Shown: positions 38,655-48,840 of the stretch, in pieces
How the letters are laid out: each line of letters begins with the position of its first letter
Numbering within the stretch: position 1 is the first letter of the stretch
Assembly (NCBI GenBank): GCA_963835575.1
Contig: CAWIGG010000004.1
Location: 128,001-192,000, forward strand
Direction: 5' to 3'
Length of the DNA: 64,000 bases
Source of the DNA: an uncultured Spirochaetota bacterium
GTDB lineage: Bacteria > Spirochaetota > Brevinematia > Brevinematales > JAOACQ01
Notes under the pieces: model-generated
The model's database searches: none
What the model was told of the DNA's origin: nothing
Seen by the model: the letters and a program-made list of their open reading frames with translations, nothing else
Made by a program: the position numbers and the translations under genes

Positions 38655-39635
38655 TCAAAACGCTATGGAAAGCGGAATAATCGTCCAGGCTATATCATGA
38701 TTCAATATGCCGTACTCAATAGCCCCATAAGCAAAAAGTATTTGCGCTCCAAGTATCAGCCTTAAATCCATTAATGAATAAGGTTTGGGCGTTGTGTCGC
38801 CGGTTATTGTGGGTAAAGTATAAGGGCCTCCGAGGCTGTTTAAAGTATCATCCAGGGTAGCGGTTGTTACAACCTGACCGTAATTCATATTAAGGCCGAG
38901 TCCCCCGAAAACCCCTCCTATAAAAGGTATATTCACTCCCGCCATTATTTTCGCTCCGATGGAAACTCCGCTCCACTGCATATTCATACCGATTTTATAA
39001 TCGTTTGTTCCGATTACAAGACCGTTTGTACTGGCTTCATTATTCCCGGTATATGACATGCTGATTTTTCCGCTGTCATAATCAACTGAAAGCCTGCCGT
39101 CGATTTTAATCAGGCCCAGTAAATCGAACAAAACATAACGCCCTTCGGCCCCCAGATGAAACTGCCCGAAATTCACTGTTGCCGCGTCATTTTTCAGGTC
39201 CATTGACGGTATATAGCCGATCCGGACCCCGACATCCATAGGCAATAAAGGTATGCCTATCTTAAAATAAGCCTCGTCATAAGGGAAAGGCACAAGAGCG
39301 GCGCCCTTCGACATAGTATCAAAATAGGAGTCCATCGGGTTTGAATAAGTGTTTGTAAACACAATCTCTTTATTCAATGTCCTCATTAACAGGTCCGTCG
39401 TATTAAAGCCGAGACCTATACCGGCCTTTATTCCTGGAAAGCCCGAAGTATTGACAGGCGAAATATTTCCGGAACCGGTATAATATCCCAGATGCTTTGC
39501 CATCTCTGTCGATATAGGATCAATGGCGCCGGACAGGATTTTCTGCAGTTCAGCCTGCATATCGTCCTGAATAGCGGCGGAGAGCATACCGGAAGCGGTG
39601 ATGACAAATATTAATGCAAATAAAATCCTCTTCAT
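38655..39635 (-). CDS. Secreted hypothetical protein, probable outer-membrane beta-barrel
   Basis: Signal peptide; amphipathic Gly/aromatic strands; terminal Phe; tandem paralogue upstream. Confidence 0.6.
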   Translation of the reverse strand: MKRILFALIFVITASGMLSAAIQDDMQAELQKILSGAIDPISTEMAKHLGYYTGSGNISPVNTSGFPGIKAGIGLGFNTTDLLMRTLNKEIVFTNTYSNPMDSYFDTMSKGAALVPFPYDEAYFKIGIPLLPMDVGVRIGYIPSMDLKNDAATVNFGQFHLGAEGRYVLFDLLGLIKIDGRLSVDYDSGKISMSYTGNNEASTNGLVIGTNDYKIGMNMQWSGVSIGAKIMAGVNIPFIGGVFGGLGLNMNYGQVVTTATLDDTLNSLGGPYTLPTITGDTTPKPYSLMDLRLILGAQILFAYGAIEYGILNHDIAWTIIPLSIAF

Positions 39636-39808
39636 AAAAACCTCCTTTATGAAAATAATTATCCTCTCAAGCGAATTATACATCATTTTTGCTGAAAATC
39701 AATATAAATATCAATTTTAAATTCTCAAGAGATTATTAAATAAGTAAGCGACAGTTTTGAATATAATCATTGAAAATGAAAAAGTGATTTAAAAATCAAT
39801 ATTTTTTG

Positions 39809-40811
39809 TCAGAAAGAAAGCGACACCGGCATGATGATCCATGCCAGGTCTTTATTCAGAATGCCGTATTCAAAAGCCGCGCAGGCAAAAAAGAGCTGTG
39901 TTCCCATAATCAGCCTGACATCAAAAAGATTATACGCTTTTGCCGGGGCCGCGTTTAATTCCGGAAATCCCACTGCCGGTTCGATAACAGGAGAGAATGT
40001 ATCATTTATTTTGGCAGACGTTGTAACTCCTCCCAGATTGATATTAACGCCCATGCCGATATACGGACCGCCGACATAGGGAATATCGAGCCCCATCATA
40101 ATCCTGCCGCCGAGTGAAATCCCCGCCCATTGATAATTCAAATCAATCCTGTAAGCATTCGTCCCGACAAGAATATCATTAGTATAGGCCTGGCCCTGCC
40201 CGCCATATGAAAATCCGACATGCCCTTCGTCATAATCGAGGGAAACCCTTCCGTCGACTTTAAAAAGACCTTTATATTCATATATCATGGCGCGGCCTTC
40301 GGCGCCGATATGAAACTGGCTGAATGAAACAACTGTGGATTCATCCAGCTTTAAGTTAACGGACGGAACAAAACCGATCCTTAAACCCGCGTCCATCTGT
40401 TTTCCCGGAATGCCGATTTTATAATAAAACTCGTCATAAGGAAAAGGCACCAGCGCGACAGCCTTGGAAAGCGTGTTATAATACCGGATCATCAGATTGG
40501 TAGAATCGCTTTTAAAAACATCCTCGCCTTTTTTTGTACCGGTTATAAACATCCGTTGTATTGAAACCAAACCCCAGGCCGAATTTCATATGCATATCCC
40601 CCGATGTATTCACAGGGCTTAGATTTCCTGAACCGGTATAAAACCCCATATGGTATGCCATTTCTGAGGAAATAGGGGTCAGGGCTATTGTCAATAGTTT
40701 CTCCAGATCAGTCTTTACGGCATCCGACAGCGCGTCGGCAAAAAGGCCTTGAATTAATAAGAGCGTCAGAACAGCAGTCAAAATCAGTATCTTCACAAAA
40801 TCCACCTTCAT
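39809..40811 (-). pseudogene. Paralogue of 38655-39635 with a +1 frameshift
   Basis: Extra base in the T7 run at 40529-40535; the corrected reading NTTDVYNRYKKGEDVF aligns without gaps to NTTDLLMRTLNKEIVF. Confidence 0.75.
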
Positions 40812-40858
40812 GAATAAATTAAACTTTATTTGAGATATTATATACAAATTATTATAAG

Positions 40859-41061
40859 GGCAGTTCTAAAAACTCAAATATTTAGAACTGCCACTATTGT
40901 ATGAGTTCATGCTACCGCTCGAGTTCGCTGTCTGAAAAGAAAGCCGGCCAGCGAACTCTATACGGTAGCGCCATTTGCATTTAGAAGGAATTCTTTACCC
41001 GGGGCAGTTCCAAAACTTATTGTGGAAATATCTGATAAATTTTTAGTTTTTGGAACTGCCC
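40859..41061. repeat. Two family E hairpins flanking a further hairpin
   Basis: IRs at 40859-40892 and 41002-41061; GCTACCG..GAGTTCGCTG/CAGCGAACTC..CGGTAGC at 40911-40969. Confidence 0.75.
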
Positions 41062-41087
41062 ATAAATCAAAAAGAATGAAATTAAAT

Positions 41088-41927
41088 TTAAATTCTTCCA
41101 AAAACCATGCCGAGGATATACAGCGAACCCAGAAAACCGAGTGATAATCCATTTGCCAGTTTGGCTGTTTTCGGATCCTTTTTAAAAGCAAAAAGTATAT
41201 TGATCAGTGAACCGGTTATTATAATTCCTATCATACAGTATAAATAGTAAACACTGAATTTCCCTGTAAAAAATGCCGCCAGCCCGAACAAATAAGAAGC
41301 AGCCTCATGGAAAAAGAGAAATTTAATGGAAAAGCCCATCCCGTATTTTCCCGGTAAAGTAACCAGACCGGCTTTTTTATCAAAATCCAGGTCCCGGATA
41401 TCCCCCAGCACCTTTCCGCCGGACATCGCAAAAAAAAGAAATAAAGAAAGCATAAGAGGCGCCAATCCCGTATTTCCCGCCGCCAGGGCCCCAATCCAGA
41501 CATAAAAAGCCTGCAGGGCGCCCAGGCTGTATGCCCTGCCCAATGGGCTGTCAAGAATACCCGACCCTAACCCGGCTATGACCAGTATAACGCATGATAA
41601 AGGTATTAAAATGAATGGCGTCATTATAATAGTGAAAATAACAGCGGTAATGAGCGCGCAGACCGTAATGCAGACACCGGTATAGAAAGAAATTGCCCCG
41701 GCAGCTATTGGATTGGATAATTGACCGGATTTTTTATCTTTTTTAAAATCAAAAAGATTATCCATAAAAAAACCGGCCAAAGAAAGTAAACCGCCGGTTA
41801 ACCCCGCATAAAAAGTGTTTTTAAAAGACGCTCCCAGCCCATAGGCTGTTGAAGCTGTTACAATTGAAAGCATTAAAACCCGGTAAATCCTGAATGATTC
41901 CAGGGCCCTGTGAATATTTAAAAGCAT
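41088..41927 (-). CDS. UbiA-family prenyltransferase
   Basis: DNLFDFKKD and GDIRDLDFD Asp-rich motifs; multiple TM helices. Confidence 0.8.
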   Translation of the reverse strand: MLLNIHRALESFRIYRVLMLSIVTASTAYGLGASFKNTFYAGLTGGLLSLAGFFMDNLFDFKKDKKSGQLSNPIAAGAISFYTGVCITVCALITAVIFTIIMTPFILIPLSCVILVIAGLGSGILDSPLGRAYSLGALQAFYVWIGALAAGNTGLAPLMLSLFLFFAMSGGKVLGDIRDLDFDKKAGLVTLPGKYGMGFSIKFLFFHEAASYLFGLAAFFTGKFSVYYLYCMIGIIITGSLINILFAFKKDPKTAKLANGLSLGFLGSLYILGMVFGRI

Positions 41928-41933
41928 CTTGCC

Positions 41934-42809
41934 TTATTCTATCGGAGTACCATGAGAATTTACATAATTCTTGAATTTTTTTACGAGCTCCCTGGTAATC
42001 TTACCCGGTTTTCCATCGCCTATGACACGGCCGTCAATTTGAATGACCGGTACGATTTCCGCACCTGTCCCGGTCAGGAAGACTTCGTCGGCAATAAACA
42101 TTTCAGCGCGGGAGAAGAATTTCTCCGCCACTGAATAACCGGCGCTTTCCGCGAGATCTATCACAGTGTCCCTTGTAATACCGGGCAGGGCGCCTGCGAC
42201 AACGGAAGGCGTATATATCTTGTTTCCCTTTATCATAAAAATATTATCGCCGGAGCATTCCGCAACATATCCGTCATTATTGAGCATGATCACTTCTTCA
42301 ACACCGGCGATCTTGCCCTCAATCTTGGCCATTATATTATTCAGATAGTTCAGCGACTTCACCATCGGGCTTACGGCCTCGTTTAAATTCCTTCTAGTCG
42401 GAACCGTAACAACCGGCATGCCCTTTTCATAGAGCTCCTCAGGATACAGCTGTATTTTATCAGCTATGATTATTACAGAAGGCCCTTTACATATCCAGGG
42501 AGAAAGCCCGAGGTCCCCCTCTCCTCTTGTGACAATAGGCCTGATATAACCGTCGGTAATTCCATTGGCCTTGCAGATTTTTATAACAGCGTTTTTAAAT
42601 TCATCTTTTTTGACGGGTATTTCAAGCATGATGACTTTTGCCGAATTATACAGCCGGTCGATATGCTCATCCAGCTTGAATATCCTTTTGCTGTAAGCGC
42701 GTATGCCTTCAAATACGCCGTCGCCGTACAAAAGACCGTGATCAAATACGGAAATCTTCGCGTTCTCCTTTTCCACCAGTTCGCCGTTTAAATAAACATA
42801 CTTACCCAT
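41934..42809 (-). CDS. ilvE: Branched-chain amino acid aminotransferase
   Basis: DHGLLYGDGVFEG, KSLNYLNN, ECSGDN, LPGITR. Confidence 0.95.
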   Translation of the reverse strand: MGKYVYLNGELVEKENAKISVFDHGLLYGDGVFEGIRAYSKRIFKLDEHIDRLYNSAKVIMLEIPVKKDEFKNAVIKICKANGITDGYIRPIVTRGEGDLGLSPWICKGPSVIIIADKIQLYPEELYEKGMPVVTVPTRRNLNEAVSPMVKSLNYLNNIMAKIEGKIAGVEEVIMLNNDGYVAECSGDNIFMIKGNKIYTPSVVAGALPGITRDTVIDLAESAGYSVAEKFFSRAEMFIADEVFLTGTGAEIVPVIQIDGRVIGDGKPGKITRELVKKFKNYVNSHGTPIE

Positions 42810-42909
42810 ATCAGTCTCCTCATTATATCTACAGGAATTATCCTTTTAAAAAATCCTTATAATAAAATAACGCCATTAATTATCGTCTTTCGGTTATTTA
42901 AACCTGAAT

Positions 42910-43572
42910 CTATCCCAGATCGATAATTCTATCGCATTTTTTCGCTATTTCCATATTATGCGTCGCGATGATAAATGTCTTATTGAATTTTTCCTTTAAA
43001 TCCCACATCAGCGACTCAACATTCGACGCGTTCCGTTTATCAAGGCTTCCCGTGGGCTCGTCGGCAAATACGACAAGCGGGTCATGGATCAATGCCCTGA
43101 CTATGGCCACTCGCTGTCTTTCCCCGCCGCTCAGCTGATCGGGATAATGGGAGTGCCTCTCCTTCAGCCCTACAATATCAAGCATTCTTAACGCGTTTTC
43201 CCTGACATAATCGGTTATCGGCGTGCCCTTGATCCTGAGAGGAATGAGGACATTGTCCAGGGCGGTAAAATCCTCCAGGAGGTAGTGGTGCTGAAATATA
43301 AATCCGACGCTCCTGTTCCGGAATTCAGAAAGCCTTTCTTCATCAAGGTTGTCAATCCTCAGTTCATTAAAAACAACTTCTCCCGATGTCGGCCTGTCCA
43401 GGCCGCTCAATATGTTGAGCATCGTTGTTTTTCCGCGTCCGCTCTGCCCGATAATGGCGACAGCCGATCCTTCTTTAATTTCTATATTCATTCCTTCAAA
43501 AACAAGGACACTGTCCACGGCCGTTTTGTATGTTTTTGCCAGGTCTTTTGCGGCAATGATGGGCTTAGTCAT
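42910..43572 (-). CDS. lolD: Lipoprotein-releasing ABC transporter ATPase
   Basis: GQSGRGKT, GFIFQHHYLL, LSGGERQR, ADEPTG; adjacent to lolC/E. Confidence 0.8.
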   Translation of the reverse strand: MTKPIIAAKDLAKTYKTAVDSVLVFEGMNIEIKEGSAVAIIGQSGRGKTTMLNILSGLDRPTSGEVVFNELRIDNLDEERLSEFRNRSVGFIFQHHYLLEDFTALDNVLIPLRIKGTPITDYVRENALRMLDIVGLKERHSHYPDQLSGGERQRVAIVRALIHDPLVVFADEPTGSLDKRNASNVESLMWDLKEKFNKTFIIATHNMEIAKKCDRIIDLG

Positions 43573-44848
43573 TTCGGAGTACCTCTACAGGCCTGAATTT
43601 AGACGCTTTTAACGCCGGTATGATAACGGCGACAGTACTGAGAACAACAGACAGCGCCATTACGAATAAAATATCCTCATAGAGGATTTTTATCGGGAAC
43701 TTATCTATATAATATACACTCGAATTAAAAAATTGAAACGGAACCGGCGCCATCACCGGCCTGAAACCTTTAACCAGTAAATAAGCCGTCCTCGATACAA
43801 AATTGACGGCTGTTTCAATTAATTTCAATATATCATTAAGCGATACGGTAAACAATAGCCCTGTTATGATGCCGATAATGCTTCCGACCACTCCCAGGAA
43901 AAAACCGTCCAGTAAAAAGACCTTGAGGACACCGCTTGGTTTCAGCCCCATTGCCTTTAAAATACCGATTTCCACTTTCTTATCCAGGACCATGGCGATC
44001 ATGGTGCTGAGAATATTGAAAGTGACCACTATAAAAAAGACGGAAAGAATAATTTTAATCAGCATACTTTCGTCCTGGAGCGCGGCCAGGTCATTCCTGT
44101 GCAGATCTTTCCAGCTATAGACATAAAAGGGCGTCGCTTTTTTTATGGCGGGAAGATAATTATCGATCGCATAAGGGTCATCAACCTTGATGCCCAGTCC
44201 GTATGCGTAACCTTCGGCATTAAAGATCTGCTGGGCGTCTTTAAAAGAAATAAAAGCGAGCGTTGAATCGTAATCCTTATGTCCTGCGGTAAAAACCCCG
44301 GTAACCCTGAACCGGTATTCAATCGGGATATAATCTTCGCCGTAAACCATTACGGACAGAATGCTTCCGGCGTTGACGCCGAGGTTCAGGGCCAGGTTAT
44401 AGCCTATCATGATGGATTTATTCTCTTTAAAGCTGAAAGAACCTTCATTCATCTTGAACTGTTTCTGGAAATCCTTATCAGTCTGATACATATTCTCCGG
44501 GATACCCATTATGATGGAACCCCATACATTGAGGCTTCCCTTGAGAAGCGCCTGCTTCTCAAAATAAGGGGAAACTGTCTTTATTCCTTTTATCTTCAAT
44601 AAATCTTTTCCATATTTTTCATAATTCTTTACACCCCGGCCGGGCCCCAGGATAATGGCATGGAAATCCTTGGCCATCAGCTTCTGCATGAAATTATCAT
44701 GGATGCCGTTTGCCGCGGAAAGGATGACAATGGCCGCAGCGCAGCTGATAACGATCGTAAGGAGCGCGATCACAGCTATCGCAGACAAACCCCTGTCGCT
44801 TGCCTTGAATTTTAAGTATTTTGAAGACAAATAGAGTATTATGTCCAT
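43565..44848 (-). CDS. Lipoprotein-releasing ABC transporter permease (LolC/E)
   Basis: EIGILKAMG, VYYIDKFP, PVEVLR FtsX/LolE motifs. Confidence 0.85.
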   Translation of the reverse strand: MDIILYLSSKYLKFKASDRGLSAIAVIALLTIVISCAAAIVILSAANGIHDNFMQKLMAKDFHAIILGPGRGVKNYEKYGKDLLKIKGIKTVSPYFEKQALLKGSLNVWGSIIMGIPENMYQTDKDFQKQFKMNEGSFSFKENKSIMIGYNLALNLGVNAGSILSVMVYGEDYIPIEYRFRVTGVFTAGHKDYDSTLAFISFKDAQQIFNAEGYAYGLGIKVDDPYAIDNYLPAIKKATPFYVYSWKDLHRNDLAALQDESMLIKIILSVFFIVVTFNILSTMIAMVLDKKVEIGILKAMGLKPSGVLKVFLLDGFFLGVVGSIIGIITGLLFTVSLNDILKLIETAVNFVSRTAYLLVKGFRPVMAPVPFQFFNSSVYYIDKFPIKILYEDILFVMALSVVLSTVAVIIPALKASKFRPVEVLRND

Positions 44849-45090
44849 TTAAGAAAATACCTGTCCTATCCGATATCAATACCAAAGATTATAATTGATA
44901 ATAATATTTTAGTAAATAAATAATTAGCAATAAGGAGAAGCTGAAAAAAGCGGGATAATTAACCGCTTTTATTTTAAATACTTATTAATTAAAAATTGCT
45001 GTTTCAAGTAAACAGAATTATAATTAGATGCCTTTTTAAAATTAGAATGCTATTTTTTAATAAATACTTTATTTCCGATTTGAGGTTTTT

Positions 45091-46116
45091 ATGGCCGCTG
45101 AAGTGAAAATGGACAATTCATATATTGTAATAAAAGGCAGGTTCCGCGCTGTAGCATCGAGTTCCTACGGCGTTTTTATAGTATTTCTGGATAATATCAC
45201 CAAAAATGTGGATAAATACGATATTGTCTCATCCCACTTCAGCACTCTCTATGAAAATAATATCAGCATGCCCTGGCATGAGCTGGAAGAAATCATCTCC
45301 AAACTGAAATGGAGGGGCGAATACGCGACGAGCCTCACTCATGATATCCAGGCCAGCATGGAAGATATCTTTCAAGCCGGAACAGGAAGGACACAGGATA
45401 TCTGGTCCAACATAAAAAAAGCGCAGCTCAATAAAGTGTCGGACATCTTCGACGAGGTCTTGGCGCGGCCTACAACCGATAAAAACGTAAAATGCGAACT
45501 CACTATTGAATCCATCATGAAAAGCGAGATTGAAGAAGCCAAAAAGCTCCGCACCGAGCGGGAAGCAAAAGAATTATTCTCAAATGCGGATGCCGGCGGT
45601 CAAGCCAGCCTTCCCAGCTCGATGCCTGTTCTTGAAGAATCGGCAGTCGTTCTGGAAGTTTCGCTGGTGCTTTCGCCCATATCAGGAATTCCCATATACG
45701 ACCTTAAGGAAGATGATAAGATTTTGATCAAAATCAGCGAGCAGTCCAGCCGGGGCCAATATTTTATCGACCTCCTGAACGCTTCCGAGGACAACGAAAT
45801 TGTCCCGATTCCCGCGACTGTCGTCAAAATGACTAAAGAGGGTAAAATATATACGGTCCTGGTGAATATCGGGCCCGGCATCTACGGCAAATCTCTTGAT
45901 GAAGACACGGTCAAAGTTAAAAAATACGATCCGGCCGATGATAAAAGAAAGAAAAAGGAAGCCGCGCCTCAGGTCGATTTTATGCAGGCCTCCCCGGCAA
46001 CCACGCCGGAAAAGGAAAAAAAGAGAAAAGGCAAGGAAGCCCTCAATATCATCTTTATCATAATCGGAATTATGGCCATCCTCATGCTGATTATTATCAT
46101 TTATCTTTTTATGTAA
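45091..46116 (+). CDS. Hypothetical protein with a C-terminal transmembrane anchor
   Basis: 341-codon ORF with GAGG RBS; Lys-rich linker, then a hydrophobic C-terminus. Confidence 0.7.
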   Translation: MAAEVKMDNSYIVIKGRFRAVASSSYGVFIVFLDNITKNVDKYDIVSSHFSTLYENNISMPWHELEEIISKLKWRGEYATSLTHDIQASMEDIFQAGTGRTQDIWSNIKKAQLNKVSDIFDEVLARPTTDKNVKCELTIESIMKSEIEEAKKLRTEREAKELFSNADAGGQASLPSSMPVLEESAVVLEVSLVLSPISGIPIYDLKEDDKILIKISEQSSRGQYFIDLLNASEDNEIVPIPATVVKMTKEGKIYTVLVNIGPGIYGKSLDEDTVKVKKYDPADDKRKKKEAAPQVDFMQASPATTPEKEKKRKGKEALNIIFIIIGIMAILMLIIIIYLFM

Positions 46117-46127
46117 CCACAATCGAC

Positions 46128-46195
46128 AGCCTTTAGCGGTTAGTCAGAAGCTAACCGCTAAAGGCTAAAAGCTAATAGCTAATAGCTAACGGCTA
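46128..46195. repeat. Hairpin plus 7-nt tandem repeat (GCTAAnn)x6
   Basis: AGCCTTTAGCGGTTAG/CTAACCGCTAAAGGCT IR; units GCTAACC GCTAAAG GCTAAAA GCTAATA GCTAATA GCTAACG. Confidence 0.75.
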
Positions 46196-46804
46196 TTTTA
46201 TACTGTCCGAATCGATCAATATCACTCCCGCTTTTTCCATTTCATCAAAGGCTTTTTTCGAATCGTCTTCCGCTATATTGACGCCCCTGCAGGCATCCCG
46301 GATTACAGCTGTTTTATAACCGAGGGCAATGGCGTCCAGCGCGGTGAATTTAACGCAATAATCAGCTGCCAGTCCAGCTATATAAATTTCATTAACACCT
46401 TTTGCCTTCAAATATGGCGCAAGGCCCGTCGATTTTTTATGGCCGTTATCAAAAAAAGCGCTGTAGCTGTCTATATTTTTATCCGTGGCTTTATAAAATA
46501 TCTTTCCTATTCTCTCCTTCTTCAGCTCCTTATGAAGCTCCGCTCCATGGGTGCCCTGGACGCAATGGTCGGGCCAGAGCGTCTGTTCAAGACCGAAAAG
46601 CATAATTTGATCATAGACATGCTTTCCCTGAACGCTGGCAAAACTCCCGTGGTCCTTCGGGTGCCAATCCTGCGTGGCGACCACAACATCAAATTTATCC
46701 TGAAGTGAATTGATTATAGGAATGACTTTATCCCCTTCTTTAACCGGGAGGGCGCCGCCCGGACAAAAATCATATTGAATGTCGACAATAATAAACGCTT
46801 TCAC
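46193..46804 (-). CDS. pncA: Nicotinamidase/pyrazinamidase
   Basis: VDIQYDF, TQDWHP, WPDHC, GLAADYCV. Confidence 0.93.
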   Translation of the reverse strand: MKAFIIVDIQYDFCPGGALPVKEGDKVIPIINSLQDKFDVVVATQDWHPKDHGSFASVQGKHVYDQIMLFGLEQTLWPDHCVQGTHGAELHKELKKERIGKIFYKATDKNIDSYSAFFDNGHKKSTGLAPYLKAKGVNEIYIAGLAADYCVKFTALDAIALGYKTAVIRDACRGVNIAEDDSKKAFDEMEKAGVILIDSDSIK

Positions 46805-46865
46805 TATGAGCCTCCTTTTATTAAGGGCAGTCCTAAAACTTGTGGTGAGTTTATCGAACCAACAT

Positions 46866-48332
46866 TCAGGTTTTTCTTCGTGAAAATACCATCCCTGTCT
46901 TTAAATCGAATAAGGACTTTTCCAGACCGACCGGGTAAACATGAGGATTCACAAATCTCTTGATACCGGAATGAAACTGTCCCAGGTTAATTTGCGTATT
47001 TTCCCGTATTTTTTGAATATCGATTTCAGGTGAAACCCTTTTTCCTTTTCTAAATACCGGGACAAGCAGATCAGCGTACTCCGTTTTATTATCCAGTTTC
47101 TTCTGTTTTGTATGATCAAGCGGATCAACTATCACGCATCCGCCGCTGAGATCGGTATGGATATCAAAAATACAATCGGCGGAATTTCCCCCTTTTTCTT
47201 TGTATCGGCGTATCTGCAAAATCCCCGGATTGGTAATTTTTACGGCCTGCTCTGAAAGTTTGATCTCATATTTCCACTCTTTTCCGGGCATCCGGACAGC
47301 GGAAAGTTTATATACTCCGTCAAGAGCGGGCTGGTCATACGCCGTGACAAGCTTGGTCCCTATGCCCCAGAGGTCTATCCTGGCCCCCTGTTCCTTCAAA
47401 CTGAGAATGATGTTCTCATCCAGCTCGTTGGAAGCCAGGATTTTCGCATTGGGAAATCCATTCTCATCAAGAATCCTGCGCGCCATGATGCTGAGATAGG
47501 CCAGGTCGCCGGAGTCAAGCCGGATCCCGGCCATTTCATAGCCCTTCTTTCTGAGCCATTGGCCTGCCTTGACCGCTTTTTTAACTCCCTCAAGACTGTT
47601 ATAAGTGTCCACTAAAAAAATACAGTTATCAGGCATCGCCTCCGCATACGCCCTAAAAGCCTCTTCCTCATCATCAAAGGACATCACCCAGCTGTGCGCA
47701 TGAGTCCCCCTGACGGGTATGCCGAAGATCTTGCCGGCCATCACGTTGGATGTCGCCGTACAGCCGCCGATATAAGCCGCCCTGCTCGCCGCGATGGCAC
47801 CGTCCGGGCCCTGCGCCCGCCTGAGCCCGAACTCGATTACCGGGTCGCCCTTGGCCGCCATGACAATTCTCGCCGCTTTTGTGGCTATGAGGGTCTGAAA
47901 GTTGATGAAATTCAGTAATATTGTCTCCAGGATCTGGCACTGTATGATCGGCCCCTGAACGCGGACAAGCAGTTCATAGGGAAAAACTATCGTGCCTTCG
48001 GGCACGGCATCGACATCGCATTCAAAACGGAGATCTTCCAGATACTTCAAAAAGCCTTCTTCAAACAGCTGCCTGCCGTCGCCGCCCTTGAGCGATGAGA
48101 GATAATCCAGGTCTGACTTGTCAAAATTAAAATTTCCCAGAAAATCCGCGGCGTATTCCAGGCCGCATGCCGCGGCAAAGCCGCCCTGGAAAGGATTTTT
48201 ACGGTAGAACAAATGAAAAACCGCCTCTTTTTGAAAAGTCCCGCTTTTCCAGTAAGCGTAAGACATTGTCATCTGGTAAAAATCGGTGAGAAGATTGAGA
48301 GACTGGTTGTAAGCCAGGGTCTTGTAATTCAT
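46866..48332 (-). CDS. pncB: Nicotinate phosphoribosyltransferase
   Basis: LLTDFYQ, EFGLRRAQG, GTHAHS, LVDTY, RLDSGD. Confidence 0.94.
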   Translation of the reverse strand: MNYKTLAYNQSLNLLTDFYQMTMSYAYWKSGTFQKEAVFHLFYRKNPFQGGFAAACGLEYAADFLGNFNFDKSDLDYLSSLKGGDGRQLFEEGFLKYLEDLRFECDVDAVPEGTIVFPYELLVRVQGPIIQCQILETILLNFINFQTLIATKAARIVMAAKGDPVIEFGLRRAQGPDGAIAASRAAYIGGCTATSNVMAGKIFGIPVRGTHAHSWVMSFDDEEEAFRAYAEAMPDNCIFLVDTYNSLEGVKKAVKAGQWLRKKGYEMAGIRLDSGDLAYLSIMARRILDENGFPNAKILASNELDENIILSLKEQGARIDLWGIGTKLVTAYDQPALDGVYKLSAVRMPGKEWKYEIKLSEQAVKITNPGILQIRRYKEKGGNSADCIFDIHTDLSGGCVIVDPLDHTKQKKLDNKTEYADLLVPVFRKGKRVSPEIDIQKIRENTQINLGQFHSGIKRFVNPHVYPVGLEKSLFDLKTGMVFSRRKT

Positions 48333-48428
48333 AACCCGCTCCGGCGCAACAAATAATATTAATTAAAACGGTCAAAATAATCAAGCTGAAAACATCATAC
48401 AGTATGCTTCCAGACAGTGTTCTATACC

Positions 48429-48585
48429 AAAAGCCATCATTGCGAGTCAAAAGACTTGAACCGGGCCAATATTCATTATACGAAGCAATCTGTCTGCAAA
48501 CAAAGATGGCTTAAAGAGTTGACAGATTGCTTCGCACTATAATAATCGTCGAAGATAAAATCAGTCGCTCGCAATGACGGCTTTT
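48429..48585. repeat. Palindromic element, family A, copy 3
   Basis: AAAAGCCATCATTGCGAG...CGAAGCAATCTGTC...GACAGATTGCTTCG...CTCGCAATGACGGCTTTT. Confidence 0.9.
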
Positions 48586-48840
48586 GTATTGAAATTCTTA
48601 GTTTTTCAACAAGTCCTATTTAATTATCAATAAAAAAAACTATTTACCGGCTCTTTCCGACAAAAAACAGAACAAATCATTTAATTTAAGTAACAGCTAA
48701 TATTGATTAAACTCATGTTTTAATTTAAAATATCTTTAACAGCATATATAAAATAAATCATGTTTCTTTTTCCCGGTTTTCTTATTATACTTATATTGAA
48801 TCATTTATTAAAAAGCGGAGATTAAAAAAGGAAGAATATT

